From: Candidatus Thorarchaeota archaeon
Lineage (GTDB): Archaea; Asgardarchaeota; Thorarchaeia; Thorarchaeales; Thorarchaeaceae
DNA: 47,633 bases
Reading direction: 5' to 3'
Assembly: GCA_048884965.1 (NCBI GenBank)
Contig: JBHLQH010000024.1
Span: forward strand, 1 to 47,633
The translations under genes were made by a program, and so were the position numbers. The notes beneath the pieces are model-generated. The model saw only the letters and a program-made list of their open reading frames with translations, made no database searches and was not told the DNA's origin. This document shows, one piece after another, positions 29,771 to 38,441 of this stretch (within the stretch, counting starts at the first letter, position 1; each line of letters opens with the position of its first letter).

Positions 29771-31393
29771 TTAGGCAAAAGCCCAGACCATTGTCATTAG
29801 AGCCACTGCCAATGTCATCAGTATGGCAACCACTGCACCGTATCTTATAACATCACCTTCAATCCCTATCTGATCGACGACAGCTGCTGCATTCTGTATC
29901 TTTGCTGGACTGAGAACACTGGCGAGACCACCACCAATTCCACTCGATGCTGCAACGACCATTGAGTTCGCTCCGATTAGGGTACTTGCCTGATGGTGGT
30001 ATCCAGTAAACATAGCGATTGCAGAAGTCTCAGATCCAGAGATGAATCCTGCTAGAAGACCTATGAATGCGGCCGTCAGTGGGTACGCTAGTCCAATTGT
30101 TCCTGATGTCAACGTGGCAAGAAGGTACACCATGTTATTTGTTGGGTCGAGTCCATTGATTGGATCCGTCGGATTCAACCATATTCCTGTGCTGATATCA
30201 GGTATCCAGCCACTGAAGTTCATGACCTCAGCCATGGCAAAGAAGATAGCCGCTGCCAGTACGGGACGCGGTGCACGTTTTGCGAACTTCTTCATTGTAT
30301 TCTTCATCACTTCCGAATCTCTATTGAAGAAGGGTATTGACAGGACTACTGCGACAAGCATCAGAAAATACGCCTGCCAAAAGAATCGAGTCTTTATCGC
30401 AAAGGGATATGCTCCTACTTGTACAGGAAGAGCTAGATCAGTAAATAGGATATCCTTGATGAACGGAATAAGATTGGTCACAAGACATAGAATGACCAGA
30501 ATCAACCAGGGAATACTTGCCCGTAATAACGACATCTTACTCTCTACTTCTTGATCCTCAGTTGTTAGGATGCTTCTATCAATCATTGGTTTCCGACGGA
30601 TTCTAAGATATAATGTCAAAACGCCAATCACAGCAGCGCCTGCAAAGACATTTGTCAGAACTGTTTGGTCAATGAGCTGTGAATTGGCTATGATTGCTAC
30701 AACACCAGCAGTGACACCAGATAGCACAGCCAATCCCATACCCTCACGATCTTTCAGTAATGCCTTCCCACCTGCAATCCATAGCATCGAGATTGCGATT
30801 CCAGTCGTAATGACAGGCATATACCAAGCAAATACAGAGCTTGTTTGCCAGAGAGGATACTCCATTCCGCTTACATTGAAGAACTCAGTATTGAAAACCT
30901 GAGCCGGAACTCCCAATAGTGCGAAAGTCGTTAGTGGATCATACCCGATTGCAGGCAATGCAACTGCAACTAATGGGGAGAATCCTAGGGCAAGCATGAC
31001 TGGTGGAAGCATAGATACGGGTGTTGCACCGATTCCAACAAGAAAGAGACCCAATCCTAGACTGATCAGCATGATCTGCATCGGCTTGCTTCCGCCACCG
31101 AGTGTCTTGAAGAACACAATCAGTCGTTGTAAGGAGCCGGTCTCTTGCATGTAGGTCATCATCAGAATCGAAGTCAAAACCATTAATGAGATAGGGAATG
31201 ACTTGACAATTCCCGCAATGCTGGCTACAAGCGCAATTCCAATATCAGTTTGAAATGCAACAATTGCAATCAGCACTGTAACTAGCCACACAATCACTCC
31301 AGTAGTATCAGCTGCTTTGTGTAGAAAAACAAGCAGAATGAATGCCAAGATGATTGGAGAGATTATCAGTAAGAAACCAAGTATAGGGTCCAT
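29771..31393 (-). CDS. lctP: L-lactate permease family transporter
   Basis: 540 aa polytopic protein with ALGFSPL, TFALLGVP, GFISGSETSA and GGGLASVLSPAKIQNA, typical of the LctP family. Confidence 0.75.
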   Translation of the reverse strand: MDPILGFLLIISPIILAFILLVFLHKAADTTGVIVWLVTVLIAIVAFQTDIGIALVASIAGIVKSFPISLMVLTSILMMTYMQETGSLQRLIVFFKTLGGGSKPMQIMLISLGLGLFLVGIGATPVSMLPPVMLALGFSPLVAVALPAIGYDPLTTFALLGVPAQVFNTEFFNVSGMEYPLWQTSSVFAWYMPVITTGIAISMLWIAGGKALLKDREGMGLAVLSGVTAGVVAIIANSQLIDQTVLTNVFAGAAVIGVLTLYLRIRRKPMIDRSILTTEDQEVESKMSLLRASIPWLILVILCLVTNLIPFIKDILFTDLALPVQVGAYPFAIKTRFFWQAYFLMLVAVVLSIPFFNRDSEVMKNTMKKFAKRAPRPVLAAAIFFAMAEVMNFSGWIPDISTGIWLNPTDPINGLDPTNNMVYLLATLTSGTIGLAYPLTAAFIGLLAGFISGSETSAIAMFTGYHHQASTLIGANSMVVAASSGIGGGLASVLSPAKIQNAAAVVDQIGIEGDVIRYGAVVAILMTLAVALMTMVWAFA

Positions 31394-31397
31394 ATAT

Positions 31398-32402
31398 TCA
31401 CACTCTCTTTTCTAGAAGTCCTAAACTCCAAGCCCACTTGATTTGCCGTTCTATTCCTTCCTCCATAGTGACCTTTGGAGCCCACCCAAGGAGTCGTTTG
31501 GCCAAAGCATTCGAATACCAACGGTCCTCGTCCATACTCTGAATCGTCTGCATATGCCAGAGGAAAGTGTTCTTTCTGCGATTCTTAATTGGACTGAGTA
31601 AGCCAATTCCAATCTTTGCCACACTGGTGGGAACTCTCCGCTTTGGAATATTCACGCCAAGCTTTTCACCAAGGAAAGTGATTAGCTCATTATATTTCAT
31701 GGGCTTATTGGGACATATGATTAGGGTACTATTGAGCGCTGCATTGGATTTTACAGCAAGAACAAAGGCTTCTATTACATCATCAACATGAGTGTACATG
31801 ATATGCTTCTCACCGTCACCGGGCAGAACAGGTACCTCTTTGTTGTTGATTGCCTCAATAAGTTCCATCGCCGTATAATTATCACCTTCACCCATAACCC
31901 CGGTGGGACGAAGGATAATATGGTTGAGTCCTGTATCGCGAGTAATTTCACGGATAGCCTTCTCAGCCATGACCTTGCTCTTTGAGTAATCAAACTGAGG
32001 AAGTAGTTCGGTATCTTCATTCCCAGGGGGGTATCTAACAGGTCCGATGACTTCAGTCGTCGAACCATAGATGAATCGCTCAACATCTGTGCCAACACAT
32101 GCATTCATGAGATTCCGTGTACCCTCGACATTCACCTGGTAAAGCAAGTCAACATCTGATGGATAGAAATCAAAGTATGCGGCTAGATGTATAACAACTT
32201 GAGCTCCCTCAACAGCCTTCTCAAGTCTATCGTCATGAAGCAAATCAGATTCTCTAAATTCCACGCTTTCAGGAAGACCTGCAGTATTGCTCGTTGATCG
32301 AACAATTGCGATGATATCATGTCCTTCCTCAACTAAACGATTCGCAAGTTTCCGCCCAATGAATCCAGTTGCTCCTGTCAACAAGACTTTCATATAGCGC
32401 AC
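31398..32402 (-). CDS. NAD-dependent epimerase/dehydratase (extended SDR)
   Basis: TGATGFIG, VIHLAA, NVEGT, YSKSK, LRP, HVDD. Confidence 0.88.
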   Translation of the reverse strand: MRYMKVLLTGATGFIGRKLANRLVEEGHDIIAIVRSTSNTAGLPESVEFRESDLLHDDRLEKAVEGAQVVIHLAAYFDFYPSDVDLLYQVNVEGTRNLMNACVGTDVERFIYGSTTEVIGPVRYPPGNEDTELLPQFDYSKSKVMAEKAIREITRDTGLNHIILRPTGVMGEGDNYTAMELIEAINNKEVPVLPGDGEKHIMYTHVDDVIEAFVLAVKSNAALNSTLIICPNKPMKYNELITFLGEKLGVNIPKRRVPTSVAKIGIGLLSPIKNRRKNTFLWHMQTIQSMDEDRWYSNALAKRLLGWAPKVTMEEGIERQIKWAWSLGLLEKRV

Positions 32403-32527
32403 CTAGATGCTAAAGCCTAGCTTCTAGCATTTATCTCTTACCGACAGACCAGAATTGCCCATAGAATCAGAACCCTCATTAAGCTTCAGGATTACTCAGA
32501 CACAAGAATAAGTGGTGGAAAGGATAA

Positions 32528-33784
32528 TTGGGTTCGGAGGAGCAATCACAAACGGAGGAGAAGGGGCGCGTCGAAGAATCAGAACGCTGGCAAGTCTGGC
32601 TTGACGCAGCAAGGCTAAGCAAGAAGAATGGAAAGCTCCATGAGGCAGAAGCAGGATATCGATTGGTCATCGAGCTGAATCCAAGATCAATAGAGGGATT
32701 TACTGAGCTATGCGCATTGCTCCTTCAGCAACGCAGAGAAACGGAAGCAGAAATCATTGGCAAACAGCTCATTAAGCTCACCGGTGGTAAAGGTCTCTCA
32801 TGGTCACGCCTTCGTGGGCAACTCAGAGAGAAGTACATTGACAGAGAAGCGGCAGTGAAGATAGAAGAGCAATCCAAAGAGCCCTCAAAAGTCCATAAGG
32901 AAGATAAAATAGACAAGCGCGAGCCTTCTATGTCGTATCCCTCACAACAAGCTCATACAATGCATGAGAAGCAACCATTTCCAGAATGGAAAAAGATGGG
33001 ATCTCCTGAGCTTATGGCAGATAAAAGACCCTCATCAACTAGAACTTCGCCTGAACCTAGGAAACCAAAATCGCAACGACCTCAATCCCAGCAACCACCT
33101 CGTCAGAAGGAAAAATCCGCTAGCTTGGCAGACACATCTGGGAGAACCTCAACAGAATGGCTTGAATTCGCACAGCTATATTCGAAACAGGGCAAGTATC
33201 CTGATGCAGAGAGAGCATTAAGGAGTGCCTTGACTCTGGACTCTGCAAATAAAGCGGCTCTCTTGCTTTTGGCAGAAGTACTGTATAAAAGAGAGAAATT
33301 CGAAGAGGCGGTTGATATCTTCGATGAAGTGATTGTTTTTGACCCCCGAAATGCACGTAATCACTATCTACTTGGTATGTGCCATATGAGCTTGAATAAT
33401 TATTGGGAAGCAAGTCAAGCATTCTACAAGTGCGTTGCACTAAATGAACGATTCATCGATGCATGGGCTGAGTTGGGTATTGCCCTTTCAAAGCAAGGAC
33501 GCCATGCACAAGCACAAAAAGCCTTCCTCAGGGCCCTTAAGGAGCGAAGAAGCAATCCACGATTACTATCATTCTATGGATTATCTTTGCTTGAGGAAGG
33601 AAAGCTTGATCGAGCCGAGAACGTTTTAAGAATGGCCATTGGTGCGAATCCAGATTTCGCTCCTGCGTGGGAGCAGCTCTCAAGAGTGCTCACACTGGAA
33701 GGTAAACATGAACTAGCAAACCAAGCTAAGCTGAAAGCAAGAACCATTGCATCCAGAACACAATCATCTGTTCTCTTGGAGTAA
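32528..33784 (+). CDS. Tetratricopeptide repeat protein with internal low-complexity linker
   Basis: About 2 N-terminal and about 6 C-terminal TPR-like repeats (e.g. AWAELGIALSKQGRHAQA) separated by a P/S/Q/K-rich segment. Confidence 0.8.
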   Translation: MGSEEQSQTEEKGRVEESERWQVWLDAARLSKKNGKLHEAEAGYRLVIELNPRSIEGFTELCALLLQQRRETEAEIIGKQLIKLTGGKGLSWSRLRGQLREKYIDREAAVKIEEQSKEPSKVHKEDKIDKREPSMSYPSQQAHTMHEKQPFPEWKKMGSPELMADKRPSSTRTSPEPRKPKSQRPQSQQPPRQKEKSASLADTSGRTSTEWLEFAQLYSKQGKYPDAERALRSALTLDSANKAALLLLAEVLYKREKFEEAVDIFDEVIVFDPRNARNHYLLGMCHMSLNNYWEASQAFYKCVALNERFIDAWAELGIALSKQGRHAQAQKAFLRALKERRSNPRLLSFYGLSLLEEGKLDRAENVLRMAIGANPDFAPAWEQLSRVLTLEGKHELANQAKLKARTIASRTQSSVLLE

Positions 33785-34510
33785 TTCATCAATCATGGGC
33801 AATATCTCACCAGCTTTTCCTGAAAGATGAACATCTACAAAGGAAGTGATTGGTGTTTCCTCAAGATTCACTTCGATTATCTCCCCACCATTCTGTTTGA
33901 CAATGAATGGAAAAGAAGCCGCAGGTTGCACAAACCCTGAAGTTCCGATCACTATGATTACATCAGCATTATTCAGCTTGAAATAGACAGTCTGCATTAC
34001 ATCCGAGTCAAGACTCTCTCCAAACCAAACTACATCAGGACGGAGGTAAGAACCACACTCAGGACACAATGGCACATCAACTGGAGGCGAAACCAGATTC
34101 GTGTTATAGTTGCATCTAGAGCATTTTAACCCGAATATATTACCATGTACCTGTGTAAGATTCTTAGAGCCACTTCGTTGATGCAGATTATCTACATTTT
34201 GAGTGATTACATGTTTGAGAATGCCCTTCGATTCCCATTTGGCCAAAGTCAGATGTGCAGGATTAGGTGTGCATTCCTGAATCAGTGCTTGTCTCCATTG
34301 ATACCACTCCCATACCAACTTTGGGTCTTTGGCAAATGCTTGCGGCGTGGCAAGTTCCATCGGATCATAATTTCGCCAGAGACCATCCTCACCTCTGAAT
34401 GTTGGTACATTTGATTCTCGGCTAATACCAGCTCCAGTCAATGCGACGAGATATGCTGCATCATCGATAATACACGAAGCATTCCAAATCTCTTCATTAA
34501 CAGAGTCCAT
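33764..34510 (-). CDS. cobB: NAD-dependent protein deacylase, Sir2 family
   Basis: TGAGISRES..PTFRG, PNPAH, TQNVD, HG, CxxC..CxxC, RPDVVWFGE, GTS. Confidence 0.93.
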   Translation of the reverse strand: MDSVNEEIWNASCIIDDAAYLVALTGAGISRESNVPTFRGEDGLWRNYDPMELATPQAFAKDPKLVWEWYQWRQALIQECTPNPAHLTLAKWESKGILKHVITQNVDNLHQRSGSKNLTQVHGNIFGLKCSRCNYNTNLVSPPVDVPLCPECGSYLRPDVVWFGESLDSDVMQTVYFKLNNADVIIVIGTSGFVQPAASFPFIVKQNGGEIIEVNLEETPITSFVDVHLSGKAGEILPMIDELLQENR

Positions 34511-34598
34511 AATCTGATGTACGTGCCGTCATCCTTATATTGTCCTTCTTAACAATGATGAATAGTAAACCATAGTAAATTTTCAAGAGGGTCTTATC

Positions 34599-35039
34599 GT
34601 GTCTAATAGTGGAGCTGACAAACGGCGAAAGAGAAGGACTTGGCTCATGCCACAGGAAGTAGAGGTATGGTATGTACTTCCAGCAATAAGGCGTGAACTG
34701 ACACGAACGATGATTGACAAAGGAATCCCTCAAAAGCAAATTGCACAGATGCTTGGAGTCACAGAGCCTGCTGTGACCCAGTACAAACTCAACAAGTCAA
34801 AGCGATCACGCGGAGACCAAGTGGACATCCCTGAAAAAATATTACCTGAAATCAAGAAATCCGCTGAAGTAATTATCAACGCATGGGATAAGAGAGATGA
34901 GGGTGAGTACGTCTACGAGATTATGACCCGCGAGATCAACAGGCTCATTGAGGTCCTTCGCGATGCAGGGACCTTGTGTGATGTGCACAGGGAATACTGC
35001 GCACATGTTGATGGCGAATGTTCAGCATGTAAGGACTGA
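34599..35039 (+). CDS. Archaeal HTH transcriptional regulator (COG2522-like) with C-terminal Cys/His cluster
   Basis: PQE..VLPAIRREL, HTH QKQIAQMLGVTEPAVTQY, C-terminus CDVHREYCAHVDGECSAC. Ends 5 nt upstream of iscS. Confidence 0.8.
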   Translation: MSNSGADKRRKRRTWLMPQEVEVWYVLPAIRRELTRTMIDKGIPQKQIAQMLGVTEPAVTQYKLNKSKRSRGDQVDIPEKILPEIKKSAEVIINAWDKRDEGEYVYEIMTREINRLIEVLRDAGTLCDVHREYCAHVDGECSACKD

Positions 35040-35044
35040 GATTC

Positions 35045-36259
35045 ATGGCATATTTCGATAATGCAAACTCCACGCAAGTGGACGAGAGAGTAATCGAGGC
35101 TATGCTACCATATTTTCGGGAGCATTATGGGACAGCAGGTCTCGAGTTGAGTCATACACAGGATGTAGGAGCAGTAACTGGTCTTGAGAATGCAAGGAAA
35201 ATCATTGCAGACTCAATCAATTCGGACTCTCGAGCTATTGTCTTTACATCGGGCACCACAGAATCAAATAACCTTGCAACACGCGGTGTTGCGAGAGCAA
35301 ACAAGAGTACTGGAAAGCACATCATCTCTTCACCCATTGAAGTGCAATCTGTGTTGAAGTCCCTAAAGCGCTTGGAGGATGCAGGATATGAGATTCAATT
35401 TCTAGATGTGGATGAATACGGCATCATTAATCTAGAGCAGCTAAAGAGAATCATCAGAGATGATACGGTCTTAGTTACTATTCAACATGGGAATGGCGAG
35501 ATAGGAACAGTTCAACCCATTGAAGAGATTGCTAAGATCACCAAGGAGAGAAAGGTGCTTTTCCACACTGATGCATCTCAGACATACATGAAGATCCCTA
35601 TTGACACTGAGAAGATTCAGGTAGACCTAATCACCATAGATGGGCATCTCATCCATGGACCAAAGGGAGCAGGTGCTCTCTATATTAGAAGAGGCACGCG
35701 TATCGATAGACTCCATGAGGGTGGAGATGAGGAGAGACGATTGCGTCCGGGGGTCGAGGATATTCCAGCAATCGTTGGTTTTGCAAAGGCGGTAGAGATT
35801 TGGAACCCGGAGGACTCAAAGAAGCTTGTCGATCTAAGTTCCTATCTGAAGGAGCAAGTTATCAAGCGTATGACAGATATCAGATTCACAGGACATCCAG
35901 AAAACAGAATCCCGGGTCTCTTCAGTATGCTCGTTGAGTTCATCGAAGGAGAAAGCATGCTTGTGCAGCTGGATATGTTTGGCTATTCTGTATCAACAGG
36001 TTCAGCATGCTCATCAAAGACCCTTCAAGGAAGCCACGTGCTCAAAGCAATCGGTTTGCCACCAGAGCTGTCCCATGGGTCTCTGAGGGTCTCGTTCTCA
36101 CGATTGAATACCTTCGAGGAGATTGATGGGTTTATTGACACATTGGTTCCGGGAGTGGAACGATTGAGGGAGTTCAGCCCCATCCGACATGGAGAGTATT
36201 TTGCCAACACGGAAGAAGAGGATGACCATCATCATGATGTGCCAGAGGATGATTGGTAA
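35045..36259 (+). CDS. iscS: IscS/NifS-family cysteine desulfurase homolog lacking the PLP-binding Lys
   Basis: YFDN, FTSGTTESNN, NGEIGTVQP, HTDASQ, GPKG, STGSACSS, SHVL, GSLRVSF. The canonical S-x-H-K motif reads DGHL. Confidence 0.88.
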   Translation: MAYFDNANSTQVDERVIEAMLPYFREHYGTAGLELSHTQDVGAVTGLENARKIIADSINSDSRAIVFTSGTTESNNLATRGVARANKSTGKHIISSPIEVQSVLKSLKRLEDAGYEIQFLDVDEYGIINLEQLKRIIRDDTVLVTIQHGNGEIGTVQPIEEIAKITKERKVLFHTDASQTYMKIPIDTEKIQVDLITIDGHLIHGPKGAGALYIRRGTRIDRLHEGGDEERRLRPGVEDIPAIVGFAKAVEIWNPEDSKKLVDLSSYLKEQVIKRMTDIRFTGHPENRIPGLFSMLVEFIEGESMLVQLDMFGYSVSTGSACSSKTLQGSHVLKAIGLPPELSHGSLRVSFSRLNTFEEIDGFIDTLVPGVERLREFSPIRHGEYFANTEEEDDHHHDVPEDDW

Positions 36260-36321
36260 TGTCACAAAGGAAAAGTCCTAAAGAAGAAACTATTGGAATA
36301 AGAATGTAGGGAGACACACCA

Positions 36322-36702
36322 ATGTATTCAGATAAAGTCCGCGAGAACTTCACAAAGCCTCAGAACATGGGAAAGATGGAAGATCCTGATGGTGTTGGCG
36401 AGGTCGGGAACCCCGTGTGCGGAGACATGATGCGGATCTATATCAAAGTCGAAAACGATGTGATTGAGGATATCAAGGTTGAAACCTTTGGTTGTGTCGC
36501 GGCAATTGCAACTTCCTCCATGACGACACAAATGGCAAAGGGAATGACTTTGGAAGAGGCGAAGAAGCTCACACGAGGACAAGTCGCTGAAGCTCTTGAT
36601 GGATTACCACCGCAGAAGATGCACTGTTCGAATTTGGCTGCTGATGCATTACACAAGGCAATTGAAGATTTTGAGTCAAAGCAAGTCAAAAAGCAGGAAT
36701 AA
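36322..36702 (+). CDS. iscU: Fe-S cluster assembly scaffold IscU/NifU-N
   Basis: YS..V...F..P.N.G, GNPVCGD, FGCVAAIA, LPPQKMHCS. GGAG SD 8 nt upstream. Confidence 0.93.
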   Translation: MYSDKVRENFTKPQNMGKMEDPDGVGEVGNPVCGDMMRIYIKVENDVIEDIKVETFGCVAAIATSSMTTQMAKGMTLEEAKKLTRGQVAEALDGLPPQKMHCSNLAADALHKAIEDFESKQVKKQE

Positions 36703-36969
36703 GCTTAAGGAATGTCGAATTCCTTTGGGTATCCAGGCTTAGTTTCATCCCCTCTGCCAGATTTTGGTAGCTTGAACTCCCTTTCCTGTTGCCAGACTGT
36801 TGCGGTCCGACCAAGCTAGAGGACCACCGTATAGATGCTGGTTTTATAATTTGATTTCTCAAGCAATTATCCCCGTTCTGGCATATTAATGAATATGTTC
36901 TTTGAAGGTCGAATTTAGGTTCATGTTGCAGGTGATTGAAACAATTCATCAGATATGAAATATCGAACC

Positions 36970-37009
36970 GAAATGGAAAAGACCGCAGCTATTATACAGT
37001 AAGCTGCGG
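36970..37009 (-). terminator. Hairpin plus U-rich tract after the phospholipase gene
   Basis: CCGCAGCT (36983-36990) pairs with AGCTGCGG (37002-37009), followed on the minus strand by TCTTTTCCATTT. Confidence 0.55.
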
Positions 37010-37022
37010 CATCAGCTACTAT

Positions 37023-38021
37023 CTAAGGTAGGAATGGTGGTCTCGGAAGAGGATGACTACTTGAATCATTTGGATCATAACCTCGAGTGATCTCATAGAG
37101 GTCAGACCAACCATCATTATCACTGTCCATCTTGTTCGGATTTGTGTGATAGAAATTCACTTCAGTATTATCATCCAAACCATCATTGTCAGAGTCTGAA
37201 TCCAATGGATTTGTCAAGTTGGCTATTTCATCACCATCATTAAGATTATCACCATCAGAGTCAGAATTCCATGCCAAAGTTCCTTGTTGTACCTCTTCGG
37301 CATATGTAAGACCGTCACCATCAACATCGATGGACGAATCAAGTAGATGGTATGCAAACAGAAGAAATCCTGCAGTGAGACGCAGTGCTATAGGCATAAG
37401 AATCTCTGAAACATCCTTGTAGTATTTGGCAAGACACTGGCTCTGATACTGTGTAGAAATGTGACAAGCATAGTCAACCCAACCAAATACAGTGCTAGGA
37501 TTATGATGAATACCACTTTGGGAGAATGTGAATATCGCGTCATTGACACCCGAAGATAGTGTTCCCTCATTGTCGTGACAATACTCCTCATATTCGTCGT
37601 GTTGAAACAGTCCCAAGAGGATAACATCAGAGTGCCCTGGTATCATTAAATCCTGTAAATGGTGAAGAGCGAATCCTACCCAGAAAAAGGCGTCTTCGTA
37701 TTCACCAGCATTGTAGGAAGAGATGGCATCGTTCATACCCCAAGTTGCTACATCCCCAGCAGGAGGATGGAAGAATACTCCAGCGTGGAACCAAGCTTCT
37801 TGATAGTGCCATCCTCGCATAAGATTCTCAGCATCATTGTCAGCCCACAGATTACCTTCTCTAATCTTACCCAAATTGGATCTTAGACCAGAAATGTCCA
37901 GATTGTATTCATTTTCCAGAATATCTAATGCTTTCCCTGTAAGACTGTAGTGAGTTGTTCCATACATCGCAGCAACTGGCTGTACCTGAATAGATAACGT
38001 CAAGATACACATCAATGCCAT
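37023..38021 (-). CDS. Secreted zinc-dependent phospholipase C / S1-P1 nuclease-fold protein with C-terminal TSP3-like Ca-binding repeats
   Basis: Zn-ligand pattern TH..WAD..H..GFALHHLQD..PGH..HDEYE, then four DxDxDG repeats (DVDGDGL, DSDGDNL, DSDNDGL, DSDNDGW). Confidence 0.75.
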   Translation of the reverse strand: MALMCILTLSIQVQPVAAMYGTTHYSLTGKALDILENEYNLDISGLRSNLGKIREGNLWADNDAENLMRGWHYQEAWFHAGVFFHPPAGDVATWGMNDAISSYNAGEYEDAFFWVGFALHHLQDLMIPGHSDVILLGLFQHDEYEEYCHDNEGTLSSGVNDAIFTFSQSGIHHNPSTVFGWVDYACHISTQYQSQCLAKYYKDVSEILMPIALRLTAGFLLFAYHLLDSSIDVDGDGLTYAEEVQQGTLAWNSDSDGDNLNDGDEIANLTNPLDSDSDNDGLDDNTEVNFYHTNPNKMDSDNDGWSDLYEITRGYDPNDSSSHPLPRPPFLP

Positions 38022-38441
38022 CGCAGGTATAATATATCGTTTTGTTCTTATTTTCCTTCAACTCCATTACCAACGATTTCCATATTAAAATGGAAGTATG
38101 ATTCTTTCATCCCGTAGCATAATAATACTATTCCTTAGAATCTGAAGAATGTCTAAATCTGTACATGATATCTTCTGAGCAATTCATTGCAAAAGCAATC
38201 TTCCTTGGTTGTTCCATTTCTTTGAGAATTCTGTTGTCATATCGAAATGTCTGCATAATATGACGATGCATCAGTGTAAAGCCCTCAATCTCCATACCAA
38301 TAGCGATTCATGACAAGTTAATGGTATAATCCATAAACATAGAATTGTATGTGATTTCTCCGAAGTATGCAACGTTGCGTCAAACATTCTGAATTTATTA
38401 TAGAAGATAGATGTCATACCTGAATGTGAGGCTTAGATAAG

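Noticed and set aside
36706-36830. tRNA, tRNA-Sec or HDV-like ribozyme interpretation (TTCGAC loop on the minus strand)
   Set aside because: No cloverleaf or acceptor stem can be built, and the P3/L3 elements of HDV ribozymes are missing.
36686-36949. 87-aa minus-strand ORF after iscU
   Set aside because: No recognisable motif, and it overlaps the iscU end. The region is better explained as non-coding structured sequence.
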